This document shows, piece by piece, positions 19,701 to 29,054 of a DNA stretch of 64,000 nucleotides. The stretch's first letter is position 1; every line of letters begins with the position of its first letter. Origin of the DNA: a virus (lineage: Duplodnaviria > Heunggongvirae > Uroviricota > Caudoviricetes); IMG/VR virus record IMGVR_UViG_3300028422_001686; one strand, given 5' to 3'. The notes under the pieces are model-generated. The model did no database searches, was not told where the DNA came from, and saw only the letters and a program-made list of their open reading frames with translations. A program made the position numbers and the translations under genes.

Positions 19701-21521
19701 AGTTTCTTTTCCTGAATATGTAAGACCATATAGCTTACCTTCTCTGAACTCAATGGAATGGATTCCGCTAGAGAGAAGATCTTTTCTTTTTGTCAGAGAC
19801 TCTATGTATTTTCTGTATGTCTCTGAGCCTTTTTCAGAAATACTATATTTAATTCTAGCAGAAGAATAGACATTTTCTGCAAACATATTCGAGATACCAA
19901 AAACTCGAGGCATCCCTTTCGCCGATGCTTCTAATCTTTTAGCTCCTGAATATAGAATGTCACTAAGGTTGGCTTTTTTTCTTCCAAAGAAACTAGATGG
20001 ATTCTCTACTCCTAGATATTTTAATGAATTAATATCAATGTTGGTTTTCGGATTCCAAGCGTATAGACCACCTGAAACACCCAGTGTACCGATGCCATAT
20101 AGCATACTCGGGTTTATTTTATTTGAATCAAGTCTTTCTTCTGCTTGGCGATATGAATATGTTTGAGATTTAAAACCAGAGCCAAAATCAGACCGACTAT
20201 TTCTTGTCTTACCATACCATCCATGTCTTAACCCTTCTGTATGGAGGTAGTTATCATCCCTTCCAGAAAAGCGTGAGGCGGCTGCACCAAAAATAGCCGT
20301 TGCCCCTACAATGCCAGCAAGAACTCGCTTGTCTTTTATTTTTGAGAACAACTTCTGTTTTGTTCCATCTGTCCCCTGTTTATATAACTTAAAGGCCTTG
20401 TCTACAATCTCTTCTTGAGATATACCAAAGTCTACAATTCTTGCTCCTTGTGAAGAAGCTCCATATAGACTAAATCTCCCCCTCCCTGCAAGAGCATCAA
20501 TTAATTCTTTTTCTGTCCTTACGGCAAGTGTTCCAGACCTTACAAGATGCTTACCTGTTTCTTTTATTGATTCTAAACCTGAAGCGATAGCTCTTGCTTG
20601 AGCTTCTACTTTTAGGTTTAGAGCATTTCTATTCCATTCTTTAGCCCACTTAGCAACATCTTTATTCTTAGCTAAAAATGATTTTACATCTAAATTTGGA
20701 TTTCTTAATGCCTCTAGCCTTTTTACTAGAACTGGAGTTAGCTTATTTTGAATGTCTACATCTTGTACAGCAATATGCCTTTCAGTTTCTCCAACAAAAA
20801 ATTTAGATAAAAAATCTACACTTGTTCCAAGAGCAAGATCTCCTGTTGCAGGAATCAACCCTCTTTTTTGACCAAGAGCATTTAGCGTTTTAGCTATCTC
20901 CATGGAGTCAATAAGTGCTCCACCTTTTCTTGCTTCTTTTCTTATGAGAAGATATCTAGATAGTTGTCTCTCTATATCTTGAGCTCTTGCCTGGGCTGCA
21001 CTTAAGCTCCCAGCTGCAACTTTTCTAGCATCAATGGATCTTTCAGAAGCTTGCTCTGAAACCATTTTCATATACTCTGGAGAAAAAGATACTGGTAGAG
21101 ATGAGAAATTAGATGTTGAGAAGTGCCTTAACTCAAATGGGGCATTATGAATAATAATATTTTTGCCTCTATACCCAGGGGCAGTGAGAATTGACTTGGC
21201 GATACTAGAGGCCTTGTCTTCCTGCAGTACAGAGGAGAAGATTTTCCTTCCACCATAATCAGTAAAGGACTTAAAGTTTGAGGCAATATTTAAATTTGTT
21301 CCTGTCTCTCTATAATAGTCTCTAAGGCCACCGGCCCTTTTATGGAAAGATGAAAACGGTGAATTGTTATCAGTAAATAGGTTTAATTCAAAACGTCTAT
21401 TAGATGGAGTCTGAATACCTAGTTGAAGGATAGACTTCTTTTCTGGAGTAATAGTTCTAGACTCAATATCGAGACCGAATTGATTCTCAAAGAATGAGTG
21501 AATTGGCTGCTTCTTTGCCAT
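16719..21521 (-). CDS. Tape-measure-position protein with N-terminal DEDDh 3'-5' exonuclease domain, 1600 aa
   Basis: Follows the tail chaperones; Gly/Ala-rich helical body with hydrophobic segments. N-terminus has LDIE (D18,E20), IIHNAPFE (H125-E130), IDSMEIAK and HIAVQD (H249,D254). Confidence 0.7.
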   Translation of the reverse strand: MAKKQPIHSFFENQFGLDIESRTITPEKKSILQLGIQTPSNRRFELNLFTDNNSPFSSFHKRAGGLRDYYRETGTNLNIASNFKSFTDYGGRKIFSSVLQEDKASSIAKSILTAPGYRGKNIIIHNAPFELRHFSTSNFSSLPVSFSPEYMKMVSEQASERSIDARKVAAGSLSAAQARAQDIERQLSRYLLIRKEARKGGALIDSMEIAKTLNALGQKRGLIPATGDLALGTSVDFLSKFFVGETERHIAVQDVDIQNKLTPVLVKRLEALRNPNLDVKSFLAKNKDVAKWAKEWNRNALNLKVEAQARAIASGLESIKETGKHLVRSGTLAVRTEKELIDALAGRGRFSLYGASSQGARIVDFGISQEEIVDKAFKLYKQGTDGTKQKLFSKIKDKRVLAGIVGATAIFGAAASRFSGRDDNYLHTEGLRHGWYGKTRNSRSDFGSGFKSQTYSYRQAEERLDSNKINPSMLYGIGTLGVSGGLYAWNPKTNIDINSLKYLGVENPSSFFGRKKANLSDILYSGAKRLEASAKGMPRVFGISNMFAENVYSSARIKYSISEKGSETYRKYIESLTKRKDLLSSGIHSIEFREGKLYGLTYSGKETLLLKNAGLLPRRNVTEFGASLSQFTRSYELDVGGKVLPKRYEYLVTGGNSRVSKALRFGSAYAHETLTKYLKLLDNPAWALEEVVPDISPRITSAAQKLGSFFPSLGVGNAKALEQNLFGLTKAHAMNLFPKVVLGGFALGAANWMVKSLGEEGTAIGESGLIGAAAEVVKAGHLSYAKTSDILGLTSLRRSVEESAPGSTGILPFAGGAFSGALTGFFAAASYGAAKEFSSGDGGRILAKNLQETKSLPGVFKKIPLDLYKKEYGLLKRGSIVGATIGAALALPFLLTGIGSSESYDELKKEYSGEKDVAIRKGRWWEFNAGPFKGGQIMYYRPNWYRRLIDKPDSKLDPSIEVNPFEEAYKSFVNPYWKEEKTYNTSPFPVAGSSGAGFGMLSTLYEATVGRVIKPPAYMHTDQWSKDRITENPKIAPVEELGGIGAPAPVNPYSFKGYMHRTWDAITEAAGLRGLAAKTMKERLTGSHDLFLGEPYLQRSKDLFGIRRQYADLNLGGAAGLTEGYRRLLGHESYFEQRINEIRNTMPSWMPGEEYFTNFQEGSPYHRILDAGYRLPGEGYASRFKDVKGVDPEEYSLVHRYRILADLAPYSHEFRDTRNEIFKTALSEEEKNAVDTINKQLESKLEKKEFLEADDSFIGTYAKVFTETLKSNPIDRLTPFSPASSFLPSYSAVSEYRREKVSKSFRDWMSPIESFAAPAVALAAQDVADGVELTEKSEREKILNAFDRLEYAKYKKLEQEAIASGDKRSANKFNFMSRRTMTGVDPYSDRENLKYIIPKHEKPYFERFLDATEEEKGEILSLTSPEMAEIYVAQWDRKRLEELSLQEESEGRSKEIKEIETRKSLLINERSSRALEATTSSILPKDDWLGWDPRIKMDDIQLQYLVDTGRDFHEYDLWEDRVNLLERKPYVKQALDELMETAAAPVETDMLDIYKDARSMGIENPTITVYNSEKDSTSLDLSQSREEEVKSYLRDLKRLS

Positions 21522-21528
21522 CTAAAAC

Positions 21529-22104
21529 CTACATATTGTCTTGTGAATTAATTTTCTCTATATCCAAGATAGATGTATATTCATCAAGTCTTTTTAAAAC
21601 CTGTGATGAATCATCTTTTTTCTTTGAAAGATCTAATTGTTTTCCTGTAACATATTCTGCTTGAGCCAATCTTTCTAGCATCGTATTCCAGGGCATTCTT
21701 TCTATATCTTCTATTGTATATGATGGAAAGACTTTTGCAATAACAGCACTAATCTGTTTTTTTGCATTACTAGTTACATCATCACGAGCTATAGCTAGTG
21801 TTTCAAAGAAGTCATTTTCATCTTTTGGCGTAGATAATTCTAATACAACTTTAGCTAGAACAGTTATGGTTCCAGCTAATAGATCTTCATGGTGATAGTC
21901 GAATGAATGCTCAATTACACATTCATCCCATATCTCGTCTTCAATATCACACTCAAGTTCTGGATAGTAACTTAAAACATATCTATAAGACTCTGCTACT
22001 GAAAAAGGAAGGACCTTAAATAAGATCCTTCCTCTACTTGAAGCATACAGGTATAGCTTATCTAAGTCATCCCTTAATGTGGTAAAGGTCTTTGACTTTG
22101 ACAT
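21529..22104 (-). CDS. Tail assembly chaperone (second), 191 aa
   Basis: Position before the tape-measure locus; FPSYTIEDIERMPWNTMLERL resembles the C-terminal chaperone helix pattern. Confidence 0.55.
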   Translation of the reverse strand: MSKSKTFTTLRDDLDKLYLYASSRGRILFKVLPFSVAESYRYVLSYYPELECDIEDEIWDECVIEHSFDYHHEDLLAGTITVLAKVVLELSTPKDENDFFETLAIARDDVTSNAKKQISAVIAKVFPSYTIEDIERMPWNTMLERLAQAEYVTGKQLDLSKKKDDSSQVLKRLDEYTSILDIEKINSQDNM

Positions 22105-22110
22105 AGTTAA

Positions 22111-22641
22111 CTACAGTTTTCTTACAAGAGATGCGGCATATTCCACTGGCATAAAGTTTGATGCTGTAAGGATATCATCTTTTAATGCAGTAGCAATTCC
22201 TGCATCAAGGCCACCAATAATATCTGGAGTTAGCTTCGGCCATAGAACACCTTTCTGCACAATAGCTTCTTCTTTTTTTTCTTCGTCTAATTTTGCAATG
22301 GCTTTCATTAAGTTTCGCCATTCTTGACGTCTCAATCCTCTAAAGATATAATTCTTTTTTTCACCAAAAGAAGTAAAATAAACTTCGCCAACTTTACTTT
22401 TTAATTCTTCGATTTGGGCTTCTGAAGGCTTATTGTCTAACTTGTTGAACATATCCATAATAGGATCAACTTCTGCCATTTTTTCCTGTACACGGAAATA
22501 AATCTCTCTTTCTTCAGGTGTAAGATCCTTTAGTTCTTCTGGAATCATCTCTTGTGCTGCTTCTACACCAAACTCTTCCTCGTCATCTAGGTTAAAATCT
22601 TCCATAGAAAATTCTTCTGTTGATTGATCATCTGCTAACAT
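22111..22641 (-). CDS. Tail assembly chaperone, 176 aa
   Basis: Acidic N-terminus, YIFRGLRRQEWRNL, IVQKGVLWP; lies between tube genes and tape-measure locus. Confidence 0.6.
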   Translation of the reverse strand: MLADDQSTEEFSMEDFNLDDEEEFGVEAAQEMIPEELKDLTPEEREIYFRVQEKMAEVDPIMDMFNKLDNKPSEAQIEELKSKVGEVYFTSFGEKKNYIFRGLRRQEWRNLMKAIAKLDEEKKEEAIVQKGVLWPKLTPDIIGGLDAGIATALKDDILTASNFMPVEYAASLVRKL

Positions 22642-22655
22642 TTAATACTCCCTTT

Positions 22656-23261
22656 TTATTTTATTTTTCTAGCTATAAAAGAATAAGTTTCGTGAACAGG
22701 AACACCAGAGACATTTATTGTTTTCCCTTTTCCAATTATCTCAACGTCCTGAATCGTTTCTTTTACAGCACTATCTGCATTGTAACCATACCCTATTTTA
22801 ATGTTAAATGGTATATGGTTAAAAAAGTTTTCATCACTCTGCACACTTGTCCCCTTAAGTGTATTATCAAACTTCTTAATTTGATTTTCTTTAAAGGCTT
22901 TTGGGTTTGTATATTTTAAAGCCTTGCTTAAATTTGTTCTATTATCATCACTAAAAGTTTCAGAATTTTTATTTGGGTCACTTGATTTATTTTTGCCTAA
23001 ATTTAATGTGTTCCTACTTTTATAGATCTCAATAATAAGCCAGAGATAATTAGGTTCCCTGAAATTGATATCAAAAGATCCCTGAACTATGTGAGTTCCT
23101 TTTGCTAAAAAATCATAGTACTCTGACCCATACCCATATATAGGTGTTTTATTTGCTGACTCAGTATAGTCTATTCTATCTATATCATCAACCCATATAT
23201 CTCCTATATATAGAGAGACTTGTGATCCAGAGAAATATTCGCCATTAATCTCTACGCTCAT
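22656..23261 (-). CDS. Tail tube-fold protein (tube initiator-like paralog), 201 aa
   Basis: YFSGSQVSLY...IDYTESANKTPIYGYG...KGTHIVQGSF parallels the tube protein 24301..24915. Confidence 0.7.
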   Translation of the reverse strand: MSVEINGEYFSGSQVSLYIGDIWVDDIDRIDYTESANKTPIYGYGSEYYDFLAKGTHIVQGSFDINFREPNYLWLIIEIYKSRNTLNLGKNKSSDPNKNSETFSDDNRTNLSKALKYTNPKAFKENQIKKFDNTLKGTSVQSDENFFNHIPFNIKIGYGYNADSAVKETIQDVEIIGKGKTINVSGVPVHETYSFIARKIK

Positions 23262-24214
23262 TAATACAATCCCCTTGAGTTTTGTAGGTATTTTTGTACT
23301 AAATTTTTATCTAATAGTTCGGTGCTAGCTTCAAGTCTACTTGCACGAGTAGTACTGTCGGTATACCTTGAACTTTTTTCCTTTACATTTTTAATGGACT
23401 TTGCTAGTCCTTCTAGCATTTCTGCTTGTGATGAAAACGTCCCTCCAATGTTTACCAAAGGAAGAACAGTCTCCGCATAATAGTTAACTGAGTTATATAA
23501 AACCGGTCTATCTACAGAGATCTCTTGTCCTTCGGTATTTATATCTACATTAATAACGTGCATCACTGAATATTGACCATACTCATTTGCGAATACAAGG
23601 GCAAGGTTAAAAGGTTTTAACTGATCTAAATGAGACATCATTGCTTGAGCATGAGATGTAGCTTCTTTTGAAGAGCTTTTCATTGCAGCATCATTCCCGA
23701 ATAGTCGGATAAACTGAAATAGTTGTGATTCTTCTATTGTATTAAAGACCATAGATCCGGCGACAGTTCTCGCTCCCCTGGTATAGGCTTTTGAGTGAGA
23801 TCTTCCAAGTGTTCTAACAGCATTTTTTTCCCTGAAAGAAGAGTAGCTAAAGGTATGTAAGTTTCCAAGATTGTAGACATTCTCTTGAAAGGACTCTTTG
23901 TTTTTGTTTCCATCAATATCAGAAATGTAATCTGCTCCAGCCGAATATTCTCCTCTGCCAAGCGCAGACTGTTCTTGTGTAAGGAGGCCTGTTCCATCAG
24001 TTCCTATCGACGGAAAACCCCCTATACTTGATTCTGACTGGAGCCTCGTCTTGTTTATGATATTACCATATATATTAAGTGAACTTCTCAGCTCTTCTTG
24101 ATCTTTTTTTCTTTGATCATTAAGTCTTTTTCTTGCATTATCTAAATTGTAATATGCATAGACAGATACATCGGTTCCTGAAAATGTAGTCATTGGCATA
24201 GCTGGTACAGACAT
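23261..24214 (-). CDS. Tail tube-fold protein (paralog with insertion), 317 aa
   Basis: FSGTDVSVY...FSYSSFREKNAVRTLGRSHSKAYTRGARTVAGSMVFN aligns by eye to YSGVDITP...ISYAVNREKAAVYTMGKADPRAFSRGKRAIAGSLIF of the tube. Confidence 0.75.
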   Translation of the reverse strand: MSVPAMPMTTFSGTDVSVYAYYNLDNARKRLNDQRKKDQEELRSSLNIYGNIINKTRLQSESSIGGFPSIGTDGTGLLTQEQSALGRGEYSAGADYISDIDGNKNKESFQENVYNLGNLHTFSYSSFREKNAVRTLGRSHSKAYTRGARTVAGSMVFNTIEESQLFQFIRLFGNDAAMKSSSKEATSHAQAMMSHLDQLKPFNLALVFANEYGQYSVMHVINVDINTEGQEISVDRPVLYNSVNYYAETVLPLVNIGGTFSSQAEMLEGLAKSIKNVKEKSSRYTDSTTRASRLEASTELLDKNLVQKYLQNSRGLY

Positions 24215-24224
24215 TTAAGCTCCT

Positions 24225-24260
24225 AAAAACAGAAAAGGAGAGAGGTTTTACCCTCTCTCC
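24225..24260 (-). terminator. Intrinsic terminator after tail tube gene
   Basis: GGAGAGAGG (24237-45) / CCTCTCTCC (24252-60) 9-bp stem with a T-rich tail on the minus strand. Confidence 0.8.
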
Positions 24261-24300
24261 CAATAATAGTAATCTATTAAGCTTTTTATTGCAAGACTTA

Positions 24301-24915
24301 TTAGTTTTCTATACTTTGTTTGATCTCTTTAAGGCGATCAGAACTAGTAGCGTCATACTCCCATCCTGTTAAAGCTCTTGCTACAAAGCTATATGCTTGC
24401 TCAGTCACAAGATCATCGATAGAAACACCTGAATTTTCATTCAATACTTCTACACCATAGATCTTCATAATTGACTGTGCTCCATATTCGTTTGCAGCAG
24501 CAAGAACGATATCAAATGGAGGAATCTGATCAGCATACCATGGAGTCGATGTCACCTGATTAAAATCAGATGAAGCAGCATTAACTCCTACTGCAGCCTC
24601 AGAATCAAAAAGGCTGTCGGCACTTACACCACTTCTACTTCCAAGACCTGTCTCATCCTTGTCAGCAGAGAACATTGAATTTTTAAAACGATCCAATAGA
24701 GCATGTCTATCAAAAACAATAAAAATCAATGACCCAGCAATCGCTCTTTTCCCTCTTGAGAAAGCGCGAGGATCAGCTTTACCCATTGTGTAAACAGCTG
24801 CTTTTTCTCTGTTTACAGCATAAGAGATAGCTTGAATCTCTCCAATAGGTTGACCTTGAAAAATAGGAGTAATATCTACACCACTGTAATTGTTATAACT
24901 TCTGTAGTTTGACAT
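24301..24915 (-). CDS. Major tail tube protein, 204 aa
   Basis: Directly after the sheath, followed by a terminator; tube-type motifs such as IPPFDIVLAAANEYG. Confidence 0.8.
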   Translation of the reverse strand: MSNYRSYNNYSGVDITPIFQGQPIGEIQAISYAVNREKAAVYTMGKADPRAFSRGKRAIAGSLIFIVFDRHALLDRFKNSMFSADKDETGLGSRSGVSADSLFDSEAAVGVNAASSDFNQVTSTPWYADQIPPFDIVLAAANEYGAQSIMKIYGVEVLNENSGVSIDDLVTEQAYSFVARALTGWEYDATSSDRLKEIKQSIEN

Positions 24916-24927
24916 GTAACCCTCCTA

Positions 24928-26982
24928 TTAAGCTGCCAAAGATGTGATAATTCTAACTTTTCTCATTTCGAGAGCAGGATAGAATACAAGTTCAACAAGA
25001 GTTTCACCCAAGATTGTTTGAGATCTAGTAGCAGATACTCTAACTTGAAAACGTTGAATTGTTCCGTCTTCTTGAAGAGCTGCCAGTTCTCTTTGGATAC
25101 CTGTTTCCATTGAAGCTCTAGCTACAGCAGTGTTTGGTCCACCGATGTAAGGATTCGCTACAAGTCTTACAGCATCAACACAATCTTTAGTAATTCTCTT
25201 AGTTGTTAAACGTTGATAGTCAGAGTCATTTTTAGCTGCTGTAGCAGCATCAGAAAACCTTAACACTCCGCCTTTTTCTTTAACACTAACATACTTATAC
25301 TTAGACAAAAGATTAAGCTTAGTTTTGCTAATCTTAATTGGAGCTGAAACTCCAGTAAGCTCCTTATTAAGAGGAGAAATCTTACTTGGAAGAGTTGAAA
25401 TAAAACCAGCATAATATGCTGCCATGCTAGCTGCATATCCATATCCAGTTGTATCAATTGGGTTATAGTAAGTCAAATAGAATTGAGCAATACTTATATA
25501 TTTACCAATATCAACTCTGTGTCCATTTCTGTCAGTAATAATGTTAGGGTCGGTTTCTAGATTTGCCCCTGATGGGATAAAACCAGAGTATGTTGCGAAG
25601 AATCCTGGCTCTTGGTTTACTTTACCAGCCAAGAACTTATTGCCAAGAAGACCTGAACCATTAACAATAATTTTTCCATCGCTATCAAGGGTTGGCTCTT
25701 TACCAATCCAAAATGCAATATCTTTTCTAGAACTAGAACGTGGAGGACGAACGCCAATTACACCATCCACTTCATTGTCATAAACTGAAAGCACAAAGCA
25801 AAAATTAGCTAGCTGATAAGCAAAGTTAACTTCTTGAAAATCATCAGAGCTTAGTGCTGACCCATCAATTTTAGTGGTAGCAGAAGCTAAACCAACTGAT
25901 GGATAAATTTCAGCTTGACCATCAAGATTAATGTCCCAAAAATAGAAGAATTCGCCTTCATATTCTTCAACATAAACTTTACCTAAAGCATCACCAGGTG
26001 TTCCAGCAATAGGATATCTTTGACCAGCAGGAATAGCTACGTCACTTGATAGAACAACAGAGTCACCATCAACAACGTTTTTGTCATCAAGATATACATT
26101 TTGTGGAATAATTATATCAATATTTTCACTCTCAAGAGAACGATAGGCTTCATCAAGGGCTTCATAGAGCTCCATTCTTGAAGGATTTAGACCATCAGAA
26201 CCAGAACGAATAGATAATGGTTCAATAGTATAATTAACTTCAATGGCTTCACCATCATTTCCTAGTCCAGCATTAATAGCAAGAGTTCCGTCAACAAAAG
26301 TATATTCTGCTGAGTCAACTAATACGCTATTAATATAAACTGATACAATTGTTGCATTTTCATCAACAGCAACATCAGATCCATTTACATCATCATAGAG
26401 ACCACCATCTAGAACTTTTTCAAATACAAGAGCAGCTGCTTCTGTAAAGGAAACATATTCATCGATATCTTCTCCGCCTGTAAAGGATCCAGATACTACA
26501 ACACTACCAGTGTTCAAAACTTGACCACCAGGATTATTGTCGTAAACGATATTGTCATTAGAATCTTTTACAATTAGCTGTCCAATAGTTCCACCTAAAG
26601 TTGCAGGTGAAGTATATTTGAGCAGATAATTGTCTCCAGCACTAGCGTCTTTTTCCGCTGTCTCAATGAAAGTAGGATTTAACTCTTGATCATCAGTACC
26701 TACTCCATAAAGGATTGCAGATCTTGTATTGATACGATAGAGCATTGTGTTCGTACTTCCGCCAGCTTTAGCCTCATACATCCCTCTAATTAGAGTTCCA
26801 GACTTTCCAAAAGCTTGTTCACTTTCTTGGGCTCTTACAACAGGGATCATCTTTCCAGATGTGCCACTTTCAGATGTACCAAGAACAAGCGTAATTGGAG
26901 CAGATGTGGATTCGCTAATTTGAAGGCCACCGTCCTGAAGTTCACTTACAGACCCGGGGAGGTATTCAAATTTGTCTGACAT
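24928..26982 (-). CDS. Tail sheath protein, 684 aa
   Basis: LVLGTSESG N-terminus; C-terminal YQRLTTKRITKDCVDAVRLVANPYIGGPNTAVARASMETGI is typical of contractile sheaths. Confidence 0.9.
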   Translation of the reverse strand: MSDKFEYLPGSVSELQDGGLQISESTSAPITLVLGTSESGTSGKMIPVVRAQESEQAFGKSGTLIRGMYEAKAGGSTNTMLYRINTRSAILYGVGTDDQELNPTFIETAEKDASAGDNYLLKYTSPATLGGTIGQLIVKDSNDNIVYDNNPGGQVLNTGSVVVSGSFTGGEDIDEYVSFTEAAALVFEKVLDGGLYDDVNGSDVAVDENATIVSVYINSVLVDSAEYTFVDGTLAINAGLGNDGEAIEVNYTIEPLSIRSGSDGLNPSRMELYEALDEAYRSLESENIDIIIPQNVYLDDKNVVDGDSVVLSSDVAIPAGQRYPIAGTPGDALGKVYVEEYEGEFFYFWDINLDGQAEIYPSVGLASATTKIDGSALSSDDFQEVNFAYQLANFCFVLSVYDNEVDGVIGVRPPRSSSRKDIAFWIGKEPTLDSDGKIIVNGSGLLGNKFLAGKVNQEPGFFATYSGFIPSGANLETDPNIITDRNGHRVDIGKYISIAQFYLTYYNPIDTTGYGYAASMAAYYAGFISTLPSKISPLNKELTGVSAPIKISKTKLNLLSKYKYVSVKEKGGVLRFSDAATAAKNDSDYQRLTTKRITKDCVDAVRLVANPYIGGPNTAVARASMETGIQRELAALQEDGTIQRFQVRVSATRSQTILGETLVELVFYPALEMRKVRIITSLAA

Positions 26983-26992
26983 TTTTTACTCC

Positions 26993-27730
26993 TTATTTTG
27001 TTTGTTTAACGAGTCTGATTGCAATCTTATTAATAGCATACTCATCTACACTAGTAATTTTTTCTGTCCTAACATAGTAGTAATGAGGTCTGTTTTGATA
27101 CATTTGGTGTCCAGCCCGAATTGAATCACCATATTCAAAACCATCAAAATAATAATGACTAAACCCTTTTAATGCAAAATAGAGTCTATTTTTAGTCATC
27201 AAATCTTCAAACCACCTACTAAGTTCTTCAGCTCGCTTATTGGTTTTAGCACAAACCCTAAAACAAATCATATTATCAAAAGCCTGGGAGTAGATAAGCT
27301 TAACTTGATTTGGGTTTTCTGCACTGTTTTTTATTATATTTTTTAATACTGGCTTTAACATCCTTCTCTCTTTAGAGAAGGGTGTATTCCCGCCAGCTGT
27401 TGATGCAGGGCCTCTTCTAGATATAGAATAAGCCACAACACCAGACATATCATACTGTTCATACTCAGAGTCTTGCATAATTTCTTCTTCATTCCACATG
27501 GGGACAAATCCGATTTTATTTTCTGCATCCTCTTGATCTAGTTCAATTACTTCGCCAACACATTTTATAAAATCCTCAATATCTCCACAAGGGAATGTCT
27601 CATCTCTTGATGCAGCGACTTTAGATATTGACCTGACATCTTTTGACTGATTATATATTTCTGAAACTATAGCCTCTTTTGCCTCAAGTGCTTCTGCGGT
27701 TAAATTTTCATTATATTCAAATAAAGTCAT
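26993..27730 (-). CDS. Tail completion/terminator-like neck protein, 245 aa
   Basis: Position before the sheath; DNMICFRVCAKTNKRAEELSRWFEDLM resembles tail-terminator folds. Confidence 0.5.
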   Translation of the reverse strand: MTLFEYNENLTAEALEAKEAIVSEIYNQSKDVRSISKVAASRDETFPCGDIEDFIKCVGEVIELDQEDAENKIGFVPMWNEEEIMQDSEYEQYDMSGVVAYSISRRGPASTAGGNTPFSKERRMLKPVLKNIIKNSAENPNQVKLIYSQAFDNMICFRVCAKTNKRAEELSRWFEDLMTKNRLYFALKGFSHYYFDGFEYGDSIRAGHQMYQNRPHYYYVRTEKITSVDEYAINKIAIRLVKQTK

Positions 27731-28323
27731 ATATTTTTGTTTCTTCTTGGTGTTGACGCAACTCTAATCCTATAATACTCTATTCGACCATGACTGTCCA
27801 ATCGATTCGTTGCAGCAGTACTAATATTGTAATATCCTGTTGCAGTAATAGGAGAAATAATATCTCCATCTTCTGTTAGTTCTATAAGAATTATCTCATC
27901 TCTACTTTTAACCTCAAAACTAGAGTTATCTAGTAATTGCTCAGGTATTTCTTTTGATGCAATATAAACTATTCTGACATCTTTATCTTCTGAACCTATT
28001 TCTGAGTCTCTGAATCTTGGCCTATCATTATTGATTGAAGACTCCTCTCTTATGAAGCCTCTTACTAGATAGTCTTTGAATATTCTGCCCGTCCCTTCAC
28101 AGATCTTACACTGGATGTCTATGTCTGGTTCTTTAGTGTAACTGTTTTTAACACAATCACAAACAATGTCTGACACCCTTCTGTATACAAAGTATTGAAA
28201 AACTAGATCTTCATCCATTAAGCCATAGAACTCATCACGTAAAGAAATTCCACCCGTAACATTTGTTCCACTTGAGTAGACGTTTATTTTATTTTCGTTA
28301 ATGTTATTCTCATAAATATTCAT
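27727..28323 (-). CDS. Head-closure/neck protein with Cys cluster, 198 aa
   Basis: CDC...CKICEGTG cluster; neck position. Confidence 0.5.
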   Translation of the reverse strand: MNIYENNINENKINVYSSGTNVTGGISLRDEFYGLMDEDLVFQYFVYRRVSDIVCDCVKNSYTKEPDIDIQCKICEGTGRIFKDYLVRGFIREESSINNDRPRFRDSEIGSEDKDVRIVYIASKEIPEQLLDNSSFEVKSRDEIILIELTEDGDIISPITATGYYNISTAATNRLDSHGRIEYYRIRVASTPRRNKNI

Positions 28324-29054
28324 TATCGTATTGGCCTTATATTTTCAGAATAGACTTTTCCCCATAGAACTGTCTTTCCAGTAACCCCTTTTGCAGATCT
28401 TTCAATAGTAAACCACTCTCTACCTTTTAATGGTTTGTTTACATCAAGTCTGCCCTTCTCTACTAGTCTTGATGCTTGTGGCAAGTATGGCATATTCTCA
28501 TTTGATTCTAATCCCAAACAATTTATAGCAGGGTCAGAGCACTTTCTAATTGCAAATTCATACTTAAATAGTTCACACTCAAGAGTTTCTAGTGTAGCTC
28601 CTACGCCGATATTTGATGAAGACGAGACCTCTCTTTCAATTGTAAAGTCACCGAGCTTCTTTAGTGTTCTTCCGGCCAAGCCCTTAAAGTCATCACTGTT
28701 GTAAATAGCTGTAATTGCTGCCTTTAGTGACACCCACTCTCCAGCATACATTAGCCACTTACTTGATACTTCACATCTGTCTCCAATGCCATCAGCAATT
28801 TGAGAATATTTTAGAATTAATTGATTAATTGCATCATCTGACACCTTGTCTATGTAGGATCCAGCTATTCCCCTCACTACTAGGGCGGAGGAATACATGG
28901 GCGACATTTCTGTTGTAAAGTAGCTTTCTTTCGTCGACAAGAGCTCTGTTCCATCAGTGCTTTTAATTCCAGGAAGAACAGATATTCTTATAAGTTGATT
29001 AAGGGATAAGCTCATTCTGATATCCATCCTTTGTGCTTGAAATATATTGACCAT
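28323..29054 (-). CDS. Head-tail adaptor-like neck protein (likely start ATG 29015)
   Basis: Position; KKLGDFTIEREVS resembles adaptor C-termini. Confidence 0.45.
   Translation of the reverse strand: MVNIFQAQRMDIRMSLSLNQLIRISVLPGIKSTDGTELLSTKESYFTTEMSPMYSSALVVRGIAGSYIDKVSDDAINQLILKYSQIADGIGDRCEVSSKWLMYAGEWVSLKAAITAIYNSDDFKGLAGRTLKKLGDFTIEREVSSSSNIGVGATLETLECELFKYEFAIRKCSDPAINCLGLESNENMPYLPQASRLVEKGRLDVNKPLKGREWFTIERSAKGVTGKTVLWGKVYSENIRPIR

Noticed and set aside
21529-22641. Programmed frameshift joining the tail chaperones
   Set aside because: The ORFs are separate with their own stop and start, and I saw no slippery heptamer at the junction.
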